Virus genome (UHGV): UHGV-1352483
From: a virus
Length of the DNA stretch: 64,000 bases
Strand: one strand, 5' to 3'
Part shown: positions 49,104 to 58,774 of the stretch, one piece after another
Numbering within the stretch: the stretch's first letter is position 1
Layout of the letters: the number at the start of each line of letters is the position of its first letter
Position numbers and translations under genes: made by a program
The notes under the pieces: generated by a model
The model's database searches: none
What the model was told of the DNA's origin: nothing
The model's input: the letters and a program-made list of their open reading frames with translations, nothing else

Positions 49104-51500
49104 TTACTTGCTTTTTGTTGTTTTTGACATTCTTTTTATACTTAATTCTTCTTTGCTTTTTTGCTTTTCATGAGTCAGTTTTTCCTTATCCAGCTTCAGT
49201 CTTTCATCAAATTCCCTCATTTTCTCTTCAAGGTTGGCTTTAGCTTCTTCTGAGAATCCATCATCAGGAATACCATCACTAGAGTTCTTGGATATCTGTG
49301 CTACAATAATCTTAGTTTCATTGTTTCTTACATTCTCAGTATCCTTCTGCTGTAATTCAGCCTGTCTTAATTGAGCCTCCATTTCAGCAATCTGTTGCTG
49401 GGACTGTAATTGTTGTTGTTGCTGTTGAGCTTGTCTTTCCTGAATATCCCTTTCATCCTTTTCAACAAGCCTTTGTTTCTCAGCCAATGATGTAGAACCA
49501 TATATCTTCATTATAGTTGAGAAGGACAAAGCCTGATTCTGTAATGCAGCTTGAGCTAATGTCTCCATTTCAGCTTGAAGTTTCTGCATTCCATTACTGT
49601 TATCAACTACCAGACCATAATCAGATTCTGCAAATTCATCCCCATCAATATCCATTACCCTCATAGAGTTATCCGAGAGAATATACTGGAATTTCTTACT
49701 TCTGCCTTTAAGGGCAATCTTTGCAGTTTCAAGGAAGCATTCAAGAACTCTCTTTTTAACATCCTCATGTTGGATAAATAACCATTCAGTAATATGAGAG
49801 GACTGTAATGTGGCCCTTTCTATTCCTCCAACAGTTTCCCTGTTACTCATTTGACCTTCTCTCTGCCTTGTTATACCTACGACTTCTGACATTTCCATCT
49901 TGATAAATTCAAGTAGGTTAATCATTTGTTGTATGGAATTACCCAGTTCAGCGTCAATTACTCCAGAAGAAGAGTTATTAAGAGCACCTGAGAGCTTACC
50001 TTTAGCAGGCCCTACTTCTCCTTCCTTAAAACTATCTTCTACAGCAATCTTATTGACTTTGGCAAAGTACATCCATTGCTCAATATCCCAACCCTTAGGT
50101 ATCTTAGCAAAATCAAGCTTAACAATCTTACCCCAGTTACTAGCCATTGTATCATTCAATCTGCTATGAATAGCATCATACATATAATTGTATGGCTTCA
50201 TCATATCTACCAGTGAGAATGGTCTGCTTTCATTAAGATTATACAGAGAGCCTACAATACCAAAATGGCATCTTGAAGGATTGCTTAACCTGTTATACTG
50301 TATAACCCTAGGTCTCATATTTACATAAATGTCATTGGCAATCTTAGTACCTTCCCATGCTTCATTTATATAGAATATTTCCTCTTCTTCCCCTGCTTCT
50401 TCATCAATTACATAGGTTTCAGGATAGAAGTTAAATACCTCTTCCCCTGTTTCTGCGTCATATGATTTGACCTTCTTAATCTTTCTTCTGGACTTCCAGT
50501 ACATCCTAAGAACCCTTAGGTTTCCTGCCATATCATATGGCAACAGAGAGTTACCTATTGAGTCTGCAAACAGATTAAGTGGGTCAAAATAGAAACCATC
50601 AGTAGTAGTTATTTCATCACCTAACATATGGTTATTGACAAACCCGTACCTTTCATCTATGTTATCCATAGAATCAGTAGTTCCCTGACCTATGTTATCA
50701 GGAGTCTTCTCAATAACTTCTATGTCTTTCTTGGTAAGGACATCATAATAAGTATCTATTACTCTTCCTGGACTCCAATAGTCCTCAAGTATGATAACAT
50801 CTGCATCCTCAATCTTATTACTGTATCCTGACCTGAATATTCTTATCTTCAAAGGATTAAGCCTGTTAACAACAGGTTCCCCTCCTACAATGTCACATTG
50901 GTATATTTCTTCTCCTACAGCCATTGCATCCATGAATCCATCATTAAACATTAAAGGCATATTATATTCCTTCATATAATGGTTCAACAGAGCATTGGCT
51001 CTTATTTCCCTCATGTCCTGCCACTCATAAGTATAGTAGTCATTTATCTTTTCCAGTTCCTCATTAAACTGCTCCTCAGATAAATTCTGATTACTTACAA
51101 GCTCCTGCATTCTTCCTAGCAATTCATTCTTCTTGTTATCTTCAATCTCAGAGATTGCATTAGGATTTGTTACTACAACCCTTACATCAAATACTCTCTT
51201 GGATTCCTCCCCTCTAAGTACCTGTAATTTACTATTCATTATAGGATAATGTTGTATCCTATCAGGAATATATCCTGCCTGAATATTATTAGGATTGATG
51301 ATAAGCTCCATATCAGTCATATGAAGCTTACCATTCAATAAATCATAATTAATCTTCTTGTGAACTACAGATTTTCTAACAAGACTATAATTGAAGAAAG
51401 TTTTAGAGTCGGCCCAATCCAAACAAGCTTTTCTCCATTTCTTATTCTTCTGAGAGAAAGGCAATGTTTGTCTAGGCAGATTTATAAATTCACTTCCCAT
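49104..51500 (-). CDS. Portal protein.
   Basis: 798 aa, which fits crAss-like portals. It sits immediately downstream of TerL. The Q-rich coiled-coil C-terminal tail (QQQQQLQSQQQIAEMEAQLRQAELQQ) is typical of portal barrel extensions. Confidence 0.65.
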   Translation of the reverse strand: MGSEFINLPRQTLPFSQKNKKWRKACLDWADSKTFFNYSLVRKSVVHKKINYDLLNGKLHMTDMELIINPNNIQAGYIPDRIQHYPIMNSKLQVLRGEESKRVFDVRVVVTNPNAISEIEDNKKNELLGRMQELVSNQNLSEEQFNEELEKINDYYTYEWQDMREIRANALLNHYMKEYNMPLMFNDGFMDAMAVGEEIYQCDIVGGEPVVNRLNPLKIRIFRSGYSNKIEDADVIILEDYWSPGRVIDTYYDVLTKKDIEVIEKTPDNIGQGTTDSMDNIDERYGFVNNHMLGDEITTTDGFYFDPLNLFADSIGNSLLPYDMAGNLRVLRMYWKSRRKIKKVKSYDAETGEEVFNFYPETYVIDEEAGEEEEIFYINEAWEGTKIANDIYVNMRPRVIQYNRLSNPSRCHFGIVGSLYNLNESRPFSLVDMMKPYNYMYDAIHSRLNDTMASNWGKIVKLDFAKIPKGWDIEQWMYFAKVNKIAVEDSFKEGEVGPAKGKLSGALNNSSSGVIDAELGNSIQQMINLLEFIKMEMSEVVGITRQREGQMSNRETVGGIERATLQSSHITEWLFIQHEDVKKRVLECFLETAKIALKGRSKKFQYILSDNSMRVMDIDGDEFAESDYGLVVDNSNGMQKLQAEMETLAQAALQNQALSFSTIMKIYGSTSLAEKQRLVEKDERDIQERQAQQQQQQLQSQQQIAEMEAQLRQAELQQKDTENVRNNETKIIVAQISKNSSDGIPDDGFSEEAKANLEEKMREFDERLKLDKEKLTHEKQKSKEELSIKRMSKTTKSK

Positions 51501-51573
51501 ATATTATATCTTTTTAATTTTACTTGCAAAAGTAAGTAAAAACATTCTATTATACAACCCATTAAGAACTTTA

Positions 51574-53865
51574 TTAATCATTCCATCCTCTTTTTGATAA
51601 ATTTACTGACTTTATCTTCTGATAATTCTTTTTAAAGAATGTATCATTGCCTAGATATCCTGGGTCGTCTTCCTGTTTCTTACTTCCGTCCATGTTATCT
51701 CCATATAGGATTATCCTATCCTCACGTAAGAGCATTAACATTATATGGGAGGAGATTCTATCAAAGTTTCCTTCAGAATTGAAGTCTATCAATTCTTTTA
51801 AATAGGCTCTTTCCTTTATATTATATAAGGCTGGTTTAGTAACTTCTGTTTCTACTCCATCAACCATTTCTATAGTTGTAATAGGCCTTAATAGGTCATT
51901 CCTTATCAGCATTCTGCCATATTGATTAATAGCTGCCGTAGCATTGGTTCCCTTTGCCTTATTACCATAAAGAGCCCCTTTAATCATATCCTTATCCTTA
52001 AGGAAGTCAAGAGTGTCAGTAAGCAAATATAAGCTATGCATCCTTGAGAAATAAGCAAATAAACCCTTCTTATTGTTCTCATAGTTTAACAACCCATTAT
52101 AGAATATGCACATTCTTCTTGCTATTTCATAAAAATCATCAGCAAACTTTGGTCTTCCTGTATATGAAGCTACATCTTCATCAAGAAACATATCCCTTAC
52201 ATGAATAGAACCTAATGACATAGTATCAGAGGCATCGTCGTCATATGGGTCACAAGAAAGAATGTATCTGTTACTGAATACCTTACCTGACCTATCCTTT
52301 TCTGGCATCTTGTATATCTCAATAGCTCCTTCAACCTTATTATCCTTAGTAGGAAACTCTCTGATAGGAGTATCATTTGTTATTTTGAACTCTACTTCTC
52401 CAGCAGGATTCATAATAAGTTTGCCTACATATACATCATCAAATGCATTAGGATTAGTATCTAACTGGTTCAATCTTTCCATTAAGTCAGATACAGGAAA
52501 CATATTGACTCCTGCTTTAATAATAGCTTCTGCGGGAGTAATAGGAACCTCTGCAATAGTCTTAAGAATCGTATTAGGGTCAGATGAATTGTACTTCACC
52601 TTAAACCTGTTCATAAGTATCTCAACAAGAGCCTTTACTACATCGGAATTACCATCCTTATCATAGCATCCTTTCCTATTGACATATCCAGCAAAGAAGA
52701 ATACAAAGTATCTTTTACCTTGACTGCTTTTATCATATACATTAGGCAAAGCATACATATTATAACCCATAGGGTTGTACATAATCTCCTGTGCTCCAGC
52801 AAAGTCAGAAGCATTATCTCCTGCTGTACCCTGCATATAGATTATACCAAATACGATATCTCCTTCTTGCACTGAAGGGAGGAGTACATTATACAAATCA
52901 ACAAGTCTGGGGAATGTCCCGAATTCCTCAATTCCGATAAAAACTGCCCTCTTACCTCTTAACTTTGATTCATCATCCTTTGATGAAACTCCAAGAACAG
53001 AGTTCTTAGTTCCTTTCTCAATATCCAGTTCTACATCCTTATAACCCATTTTCCAAGTCATATCCTGTAAGGAAGACTTAAGTCTCTTTCTGGGGAACTG
53101 AGTATTTTCAGCACAGAAGTCAGCTATTGACACAAACTTATTTAATACACCATCCTTTGTAAGGAACTCCTTTTGATAAGCGGTAGCAATGGAATTGATG
53201 GATTCATGAGCTAATTCATTCTCTCCAAGTACAAAATTATGTCCAAGAATCGAAGCCATAGAGTACGATTTTGACTTACCCCTTGACGCTAATTCTGCTC
53301 CATGATTACCACCTAAGAAGTCATTGTATAATCCACCGTTTCTTGCTTGGTCTATATAATGAAATCTCCAGTATATACCCTCCCAGACTTCTGGAAAGTC
53401 TACAACCCTATCAGCTTGTTTGCTGTTCTTTCTTATCTTTGACTGTATAATCGGGCCATAGTTAAGATAGAAATACATAAAGCCTGTAACCCACTCTCCA
53501 TCAGATGGTCTTACATACCCTTCCCAGCATCTTCTCTTTTCTTCCCTTATCCATTTACCAAATTCTGAATTAGGATTCCTGTTAGGTCTAAGACTGGTAA
53601 GAACTCCATACTTCTGATAATGAATTGCAGTAGGTCTGAAGTAATCCATATCCTCAAGTATATGAGGATTGACTAAATCCACTATTATCCTGCCCTTATC
53701 ATCCCTTGGTCTGTCCTTAGCATATCCTCTATCAGGGGATATTAGCCTCCTTACAAATTCTACATTGTTAAGAATATCAAGTAACTGGTCTTGTACTTCC
53801 TGAGGAAGGGATGCCAACAATTCATCTGTTATTGGTGTCTGATATTTATTAACTGGTATATCCAT
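51574..53865 (-). CDS. terL: Terminase large subunit (TerL).
   Basis: 763 aa. Walker A-like GAELASRGKSKS. Walker B-like hydrophobic run ending in EE (AVFIGIEEFG). C-terminal nuclease-like acidic cluster (LSCDPYDDD). Size and position match Crassvirales TerL. Confidence 0.8.
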   Translation of the reverse strand: MDIPVNKYQTPITDELLASLPQEVQDQLLDILNNVEFVRRLISPDRGYAKDRPRDDKGRIIVDLVNPHILEDMDYFRPTAIHYQKYGVLTSLRPNRNPNSEFGKWIREEKRRCWEGYVRPSDGEWVTGFMYFYLNYGPIIQSKIRKNSKQADRVVDFPEVWEGIYWRFHYIDQARNGGLYNDFLGGNHGAELASRGKSKSYSMASILGHNFVLGENELAHESINSIATAYQKEFLTKDGVLNKFVSIADFCAENTQFPRKRLKSSLQDMTWKMGYKDVELDIEKGTKNSVLGVSSKDDESKLRGKRAVFIGIEEFGTFPRLVDLYNVLLPSVQEGDIVFGIIYMQGTAGDNASDFAGAQEIMYNPMGYNMYALPNVYDKSSQGKRYFVFFFAGYVNRKGCYDKDGNSDVVKALVEILMNRFKVKYNSSDPNTILKTIAEVPITPAEAIIKAGVNMFPVSDLMERLNQLDTNPNAFDDVYVGKLIMNPAGEVEFKITNDTPIREFPTKDNKVEGAIEIYKMPEKDRSGKVFSNRYILSCDPYDDDASDTMSLGSIHVRDMFLDEDVASYTGRPKFADDFYEIARRMCIFYNGLLNYENNKKGLFAYFSRMHSLYLLTDTLDFLKDKDMIKGALYGNKAKGTNATAAINQYGRMLIRNDLLRPITTIEMVDGVETEVTKPALYNIKERAYLKELIDFNSEGNFDRISSHIMLMLLREDRIILYGDNMDGSKKQEDDPGYLGNDTFFKKNYQKIKSVNLSKRGWND

Positions 53866-54196
53866 TGTATTCTCCTTTTATAACCTGTTCATAAGAAGAA
53901 GACCCTATCCATCTGATAATATTTAGTGTAAGTTCCTTTTCCAAATCCCTTATTATAGCATCTTCCCATTTATCAGTTCCTTTAGCACTTGTACTATATT
54001 TAACAGTGATTACTCTTTCATGTAATCCACCTTCAACATACCATATTATCCATTCATATGTCTTAAGGGATTTTATAGCGGGATTCGAGTTAACAGTCTT
54101 CTGTAGTATCAAACTCGATTTACTTTCTATACCTCTTAATATTCTCTGTTCCTCTATATGTTTATTCAAACATCCTACTATATCTATTGCTTCCAT
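53849..54196 (-). CDS. Hypothetical protein (115 aa) immediately upstream of TerL. Possible small terminase or accessory protein.
   Basis: ORF that overlaps the TerL start by 17 nt. No motif. Confidence 0.5.
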   Translation of the reverse strand: MEAIDIVGCLNKHIEEQRILRGIESKSSLILQKTVNSNPAIKSLKTYEWIIWYVEGGLHERVITVKYSTSAKGTDKWEDAIIRDLEKELTLNIIRWIGSSSYEQVIKGEYNGYTS

Positions 54197-54199
54197 ATT

Positions 54200-54814
54200 T
54201 TAATCATCCAAACTGTCTTCCATTATAGCTTTTTCAGCTCCTCCTCTCATTCTACCATCTTCAATATGTTCTTTGGATAGAGCTTTCTCTGCTTTATTTA
54301 AATCCTCTACCAGACTAGGAATTAATTTAATAGTCGATGTAACAGACTGTAATGTATAAACAAGTTTGCCTTTATCATCTGTCTGACCTAAATTTATATC
54401 CCTTAACTGTTTCCTAAGTTTATCAACAGCTACCCTAGTATCTTCAAGAAGAAGCTCAGACATAGTTTTGAAACTACTATAGAACTCCATTGCTTCCTGC
54501 AACTGTTTATCAGGCTTCCATTCTTTAGGTAATCCTATAGCCTCTTTAATAGCTTTCATTCTTTCCTTTTCATCTGTAAGATACATATAGTCACTCTTGG
54601 TATCACAGAAGAAATATATAAAAGAGAACTCCATATCAGACCTGGTTTTTCCACTGCTTCTGTCCCTTGTATATATCTTCTTAAACGGTAATAACTTAAG
54701 TGCCTCAGGTTCTACTATAACCTGATAATTCTCATATCTAAATAATCTTAATCCCATACTGTATATATAAAATAAAAGCCTGCTAGTTTTATTCCTAACA
54801 GGCTTAATTATCAT
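54200..54814 (-). CDS. Hypothetical protein (204 aa).
   Basis: ORF. Confidence 0.6.
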   Translation of the reverse strand: MIIKPVRNKTSRLLFYIYSMGLRLFRYENYQVIVEPEALKLLPFKKIYTRDRSSGKTRSDMEFSFIYFFCDTKSDYMYLTDEKERMKAIKEAIGLPKEWKPDKQLQEAMEFYSSFKTMSELLLEDTRVAVDKLRKQLRDINLGQTDDKGKLVYTLQSVTSTIKLIPSLVEDLNKAEKALSKEHIEDGRMRGGAEKAIMEDSLDD

Positions 54815-54817
54815 TCA

Positions 54818-55246
54818 TTAATCCAATATCAACTTTTGTTCTGGAACTACCAGAGTTTCAACAGGTTTGTCAGGAACTTCTTCATAATCCTCTATTACAA
54901 AATCTATATCCCCTTCCTGTATTAACAGGCAATCTTTTCCATCAATAGTAACAACATTAAAGTTATACTTCATTTTGATTTCGTCACCTATAATACCATT
55001 CTTTAATGACTTCTCATTATGTTGAGGAACCATATATCTCTTAGGATTGATACAAACAAGGTCTCCTACTTTAACATCCATTACATTTCTACCTACAGAG
55101 ATAACCTCTTGGTATTCTTTTAAACCTCCTTTGGCTCTTGTAGTATCTACAAGGTTAGTTCCCTGAATATACTGTTCTTCCTCATAGGTATTCATTGTTG
55201 TTACAATCCCTGTAAACAATGGCTTTATTCTTTTAACTTTCAGCAT
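54818..55246 (-). CDS. GroES/Cpn10-like co-chaperonin homologue (142 aa).
   Basis: IKPLFTGIVTT is like the GroES IRPLHDRVIV start. EVISVGRNVMDVKVGDLVCIN is like GEVLAVGNG...VKVGDIVIF. KDCLLIQEGDIDFVIED is like EEVLIMSESDILAIVE. Phage gp31-type co-chaperonins are longer than GroES, as here. Confidence 0.5.
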   Translation of the reverse strand: MLKVKRIKPLFTGIVTTMNTYEEEQYIQGTNLVDTTRAKGGLKEYQEVISVGRNVMDVKVGDLVCINPKRYMVPQHNEKSLKNGIIGDEIKMKYNFNVVTIDGKDCLLIQEGDIDFVIEDYEEVPDKPVETLVVPEQKLILD

Positions 55247-55514
55247 CTTTCTTCTCCCTTAATTCTTTTATGTATTTAAATCTTTTCTTAACTCCTATCA
55301 TCCTATTATAAGTACAACTCAATTTACCTAAAGAAGGTATATTGAAGTTAGTCTTTAACTTACTGAACTCTTCCTCTGTAATATCATTCTTTAAAGGCAA
55401 TTCTTTAATAGATTCATATATGAATCTCCAATATGCCTTATAGGTTCTAGCTACAATATATCTTGGAATACCAGTATCATCCGAAACCTTATTTACTATT
55501 TCAGAGTATGTCAT
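55233..55514 (-). CDS. Possible HU/IHF-like DNA-binding protein (93 aa).
   Basis: The N-terminus MTYSEIVNKVSDDTGIPRYIVARTYKAYWRFIYESIKE, followed by ...IPSLGKL, resembles the HU family. Weak similarity only. Confidence 0.35.
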   Translation of the reverse strand: MTYSEIVNKVSDDTGIPRYIVARTYKAYWRFIYESIKELPLKNDITEEEFSKLKTNFNIPSLGKLSCTYNRMIGVKKRFKYIKELREKKDAES

Positions 55515-55891
55515 TTCAGTTCAAAATAAAGCAGTAATCCAAAGGATTCTGCGTTCTCACTTATGTTAGGAATAAATCTTGGATTTATCTTATTATCTAT
55601 CAGTACCTTACTCTTTCTTAATTTACCCATTATTACCTGAAAATGAGGGAAGGTCATATTACACTCTTCCCTTATTTTCCTTTTGGTATCCTCTCCCATA
55701 GTAACTCTATCAAGAATCTCTGTATCCTTTATTACCTTGCTTAACTCATATCTGTGTTTTACAAAGCAGGCTATTACTTCAATTTCCCTCTCAGTAAGCT
55801 TATGGAATGGTTTAAGAAATTCAAACCAATATCTAAAGAAGTTATCATCCAAAGAGGTAGGAATCCTAACTACATTATCTACATTCTTCAT
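55511..55891 (-). CDS. Hypothetical protein (126 aa).
   Basis: ORF. Confidence 0.55.
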   Translation of the reverse strand: MKNVDNVVRIPTSLDDNFFRYWFEFLKPFHKLTEREIEVIACFVKHRYELSKVIKDTEILDRVTMGEDTKRKIREECNMTFPHFQVIMGKLRKSKVLIDNKINPRFIPNISENAESFGLLLYFELK

Positions 55892-55910
55892 ACTACCTCC
55901 TTACCTTCGT

Positions 55911-56237
55911 TTAACCTTCTACAGGAGTTTCAGATGCTTCTTCTGTTTGTTCATCCTCATCAGGTAAAGTGAGTATTTCAATAATCTCATCTGAGCAGGT
56001 TTCAACAAATTCTGAAGCAAACTTGCTTTCATTCTCTAATACCTTAAATAAGTAATCCAGTCTCTTGAACATATTGAATGCATTCATTTCATTCAATTTC
56101 TGTCTTGTAGACATTAATTCATTATGAAGGTTTCTTGCTTGTTCACTAAGTTGATGAGCTATTCCTTCAAGTTCCTCATAAGACATTTTCTTAGGCTGTT
56201 CTACTGTCATTTTAGGTTTAATTTCTTTCTCTTCCAT
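55911..56237 (-). CDS. Acidic coiled-coil protein (108 aa).
   Basis: ORF. Confidence 0.5.
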   Translation of the reverse strand: MEEKEIKPKMTVEQPKKMSYEELEGIAHQLSEQARNLHNELMSTRQKLNEMNAFNMFKRLDYLFKVLENESKFASEFVETCSDEIIEILTLPDEDEQTEEASETPVEG

Positions 56238-56239
56238 CT

Positions 56240-56458
56240 TTATTTCTTTTTATTTAAGTATTTAACTCCGTATTTTTCTTCATACATTTTCTCCCATTCG
56301 CTAATATGAGCTTCTGCAATATCCGTGCTCCCACAATGGTCACAATAGTCAGATTCACCAAAAGCCCTGACAGCCAACGATAAGCACTGTTTACAATAAA
56401 TGACAGGAACATCATTGTACTGCTGACAGCTCTCTGAATCTTTCTTTATATTCTCCAT
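56240..56458 (-). CDS. Zinc-ribbon protein (72 aa).
   Basis: CKQC...(17)...CDHC is a paired CxxC motif. Confidence 0.5.
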   Translation of the reverse strand: MENIKKDSESCQQYNDVPVIYCKQCLSLAVRAFGESDYCDHCGSTDIAEAHISEWEKMYEEKYGVKYLNKKK

Positions 56459-56723
56459 ATATCCTCTTTTTTAGCTCATTGTTAGTCCTGCTATGAGCAC
56501 CTTTCCTTTTACAGGTATTAGCCCTATTGTTAAAAGGTCTCTTAGGAGCCATTACTCCAATATCAGTTACATGCCCTCTCCTTATAGCTCTAGCAACAGA
56601 TTTATACTTTCTGACTGCATCAAAGTTCTTAAGTCCTCTGTTATCTTCAAGGTACTTTTTGAACTCTTCCTCACTCATTAGCTCTCTTTCAACTTTCTTC
56701 TCAAGAAATTCTCTCTCTTTCAT
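56412..56723 (-). CDS. Small basic protein (103 aa).
   Basis: ORF that overlaps the zinc-ribbon gene by 47 nt. Lys/Arg-rich. Confidence 0.45.
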   Translation of the reverse strand: MKEREFLEKKVERELMSEEEFKKYLEDNRGLKNFDAVRKYKSVARAIRRGHVTDIGVMAPKRPFNNRANTCKRKGAHSRTNNELKKRIYGEYKERFRELSAVQ

Positions 56724-56886
56724 AACCTATTATTTATTCATAATACACCAATATCCATTGTTCATTATCCTTAGTGAGAGTAACAATACTTTCATGTTTA
56801 ACTCCTATACTGTTAGCTTCTTCAACTAAACTTCTAAGGCTTACTGAACTTAATATAATCATTCTTTCTCCCATATTCTATACCTG

Positions 56887-57342
56887 TTAATAAGGCCTTA
56901 CATCACATAAACTGAATAAGAACTTATACTTATTTATGTTCTGAATAAATGTTTCACACTCAGAAGTAATACCCTTATATACTGTTTCCTCAGGAATCTT
57001 ATCATAGAATGCCAAAGTATGGTTTCTAACTTCCTCGATAAAGTCAGTGGCATTTAATACACTGCTTGGAGTACCTGTAATTACATTAGGGGACATTTGC
57101 CCTAATATTCCCATATATCCTTCAGCCAATCCATCCTGATAATCCTGCAATACTTCAAGGAAATCATCAAGATATACATGTATATTCTTCTTGGGAGCTG
57201 CCCAATGCAAGTTCTTGCATTTAGTCTTCCAACCTTCCAATCTGTTTAAGAATCCAATAAAGAATTCTGAAGTATTTCCTCCTATTGTAATAGGTTTATC
57301 ACTTGCTGGGAATACCTCTAAAAGACTTTCATTATAGTCCAT
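56887..57342 (-). CDS. Hypothetical protein (151 aa).
   Basis: ORF. Confidence 0.6.
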   Translation of the reverse strand: MDYNESLLEVFPASDKPITIGGNTSEFFIGFLNRLEGWKTKCKNLHWAAPKKNIHVYLDDFLEVLQDYQDGLAEGYMGILGQMSPNVITGTPSSVLNATDFIEEVRNHTLAFYDKIPEETVYKGITSECETFIQNINKYKFLFSLCDVRPY

Positions 57343-57411
57343 AATATTCTGTTTGTTTTAATGTTACAAAGATAAGTATTTAATATGACATATGCAAGAA
57401 AAATGAGATAA

Positions 57412-57630
57412 TTATTTCATCTTTATTGCTATTTTCTTGTTATCAATAAGAGGAAATATACCATGCTCACTTGATAATCTCTGAACAACTTTCATCATAA
57501 CCATCCTATTACTTTCTCTGGTATCAGTATGGTCTTTAATATAAATCCATTGATTTCCCCTGGTAAAGAACTCCTGTACATAACTGTCTACCAGTCTAGT
57601 AGTTCTTCCTGTTGCTCTTGCTTCTTCCAT
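57412..57630 (-). CDS. Hypothetical small protein (72 aa).
   Basis: ORF. Confidence 0.45.
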   Translation of the reverse strand: MEEARATGRTTRLVDSYVQEFFTRGNQWIYIKDHTDTRESNRMVMMKVVQRLSSEHGIFPLIDNKKIAIKMK

Positions 57631-57846
57631 ATTGTATCATATTTATTATTAACCCCAACTAATATAAGGGAGTGCAAATTGCACTGCCCAAGCATCTTAA
57701 TCAAGAATTACTCATTGGAAATAAATACATTTCCTGTATATCTCCATGCATAATCCTGTGCAGCTAAATTAAAATAAACCTTGGCTGCTTTCTTCATTAA
57801 ATTAAGAACTCTTTTCATACTAATAAAATTTGAAGTTAAATAGTAT

Positions 57847-57920
57847 GTTCCCCTGTTAGGAATCGAACCTAACCCCACAGATTAAAGGTCTGTTGCCTAC
57901 ACCTGTTTGCTACAGGGGAA
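57847..57920 (-). tRNA. tRNA, most likely tRNA-Lys (anticodon UUU), with a non-canonical C at position 33.
   Basis: In minus sense: TTCCCCT acceptor paired with AGGGGAA. Anticodon stem ACAGA/TCTGT with loop CCTTTAA. T-arm TTAGG-TTCGATT-CCTAA. The D-arm is imperfect. Confidence 0.6.
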
Positions 57921-57924
57921 TTAA

Positions 57925-58233
57925 TTAATTACGTGCATCAGTAGGATTGATAATAGCTAAGTTAACAGCATTATTCTCAATTCTTTCAACTGCTTTTTCA
58001 CCAAACTCAATAGTAAATATTGTACCAATCATACTTGAAAATACAGCCTTATCTGCCTTTAACTTCTCCTCCAATTCCCTTACTTTCTGCCTTGCCTTAT
58101 CCAATTCATCCTGAGTATCCAAGAGGGATTGATAATCCTTCCTTATATAGACCTCAGCATCACCTGACATAAGCTCAGGATAAATCAGATTAACTTTCTT
58201 TATTACCCTTTTATCTTCTACATTAACTACCAT
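57925..58233 (-). CDS. Hypothetical protein. Probably about 102 aa from the internal ATG.
   Basis: The ORF-track version (to 58302) overlaps the tRNA-Asn gene. The internal Met (MVVNVEDK...) at 58233 avoids the overlap. Confidence 0.5.
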   Translation of the reverse strand: MVVNVEDKRVIKKVNLIYPELMSGDAEVYIRKDYQSLLDTQDELDKARQKVRELEEKLKADKAVFSSMIGTIFTIEFGEKAVERIENNAVNLAIINPTDARN

Positions 58234-58251
58234 ATTACTCCAATTTAATTG

Positions 58252-58323
58252 CTGGGATAAAAGGAATCGAACCTTTATCTCTTGATTAACAGTCAAGTGC
58301 ATAAACCTTCCAGCTATATCCCA
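58252..58323 (-). tRNA. tRNA-Asn (anticodon GUU).
   Basis: In minus sense: acceptor TGGGATA / TATCCCA. Anticodon stem CTTGA/TCAAG with loop CTGTTAA (U33, A37). T-arm AAAGG-TTCGATT-CCTTT. Confidence 0.7.
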
Positions 58324-58524
58324 ATAATAAAGGGGAAGTTATTACCTCCCCTATTTATAATCAAAAAAAAAAACTATGAGAAACAAATCAGTTTGAGGGA
58401 AAGAGAAGAACGAACTTCTAAGTATACCAAGTAGTAAAGGATACTCAATATACTCAAACCTATGTTACATTCCCTTGCCTGTTCAACGCTTTAAACAGGA
58501 CTTCCTAGAGACTAATATTATATG

Positions 58525-58598
58525 TACAAGGAGAGGGACTCCAACCCTCAACCAATGCCTTAGAAGGGCATTGCTCTATGCAGTTGAGCTATCCTTGC
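58525..58598 (-). tRNA. tRNA-Arg (anticodon UCU).
   Basis: In minus sense: acceptor GCAAGGA / TCCTTG(T). D-stem GCTC/GAGC. Anticodon stem ATGCC/GGCAT with loop CTTCTAA. T-stem GAGGG/CCCTC. Confidence 0.7.
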
Positions 58599-58774
58599 TT
58601 ATTAAAATGTTTATCATAAATAGTCTTACCATAAACCCCAATAGCTGTACCTGCAACAAATGTTCCAGCAGCAATCAATGTTGTATAAAACGGCAAATAC
58701 TTAATAGCAAGTAATACACCTATAACTACACCTGCTGTAATACCAGCAATAATCAATTTGTCTTTAACCTTCAT
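58589..58774 (-). CDS. Small two-transmembrane-helix membrane protein (61 aa).
   Basis: Hydrophobic glycine-zipper ORF (IIAGITAGVVIGVLLAI...IAAGTFVAGTAIGVYG). Its last 10 nt overlap the 5' end of the tRNA-Arg gene. Confidence 0.4.
   Translation of the reverse strand: MKVKDKLIIAGITAGVVIGVLLAIKYLPFYTTLIAAGTFVAGTAIGVYGKTIYDKHFNKQG

Noticed and set aside
57529-57753. The + strand 74-aa ORF between the minus-strand genes and the tRNA.
   Set aside because: It overlaps a minus-strand gene start and the palindromic element. Its Cys/Ser-rich low-complexity translation looks non-coding.
58391-58459. A fifth tRNA gene.
   Set aside because: The terminal 7-bp inverted repeat and TTCG motif are suggestive, but no D, anticodon or T arms can be drawn. 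Kept as a pseudo-tRNA finding, not a feature.
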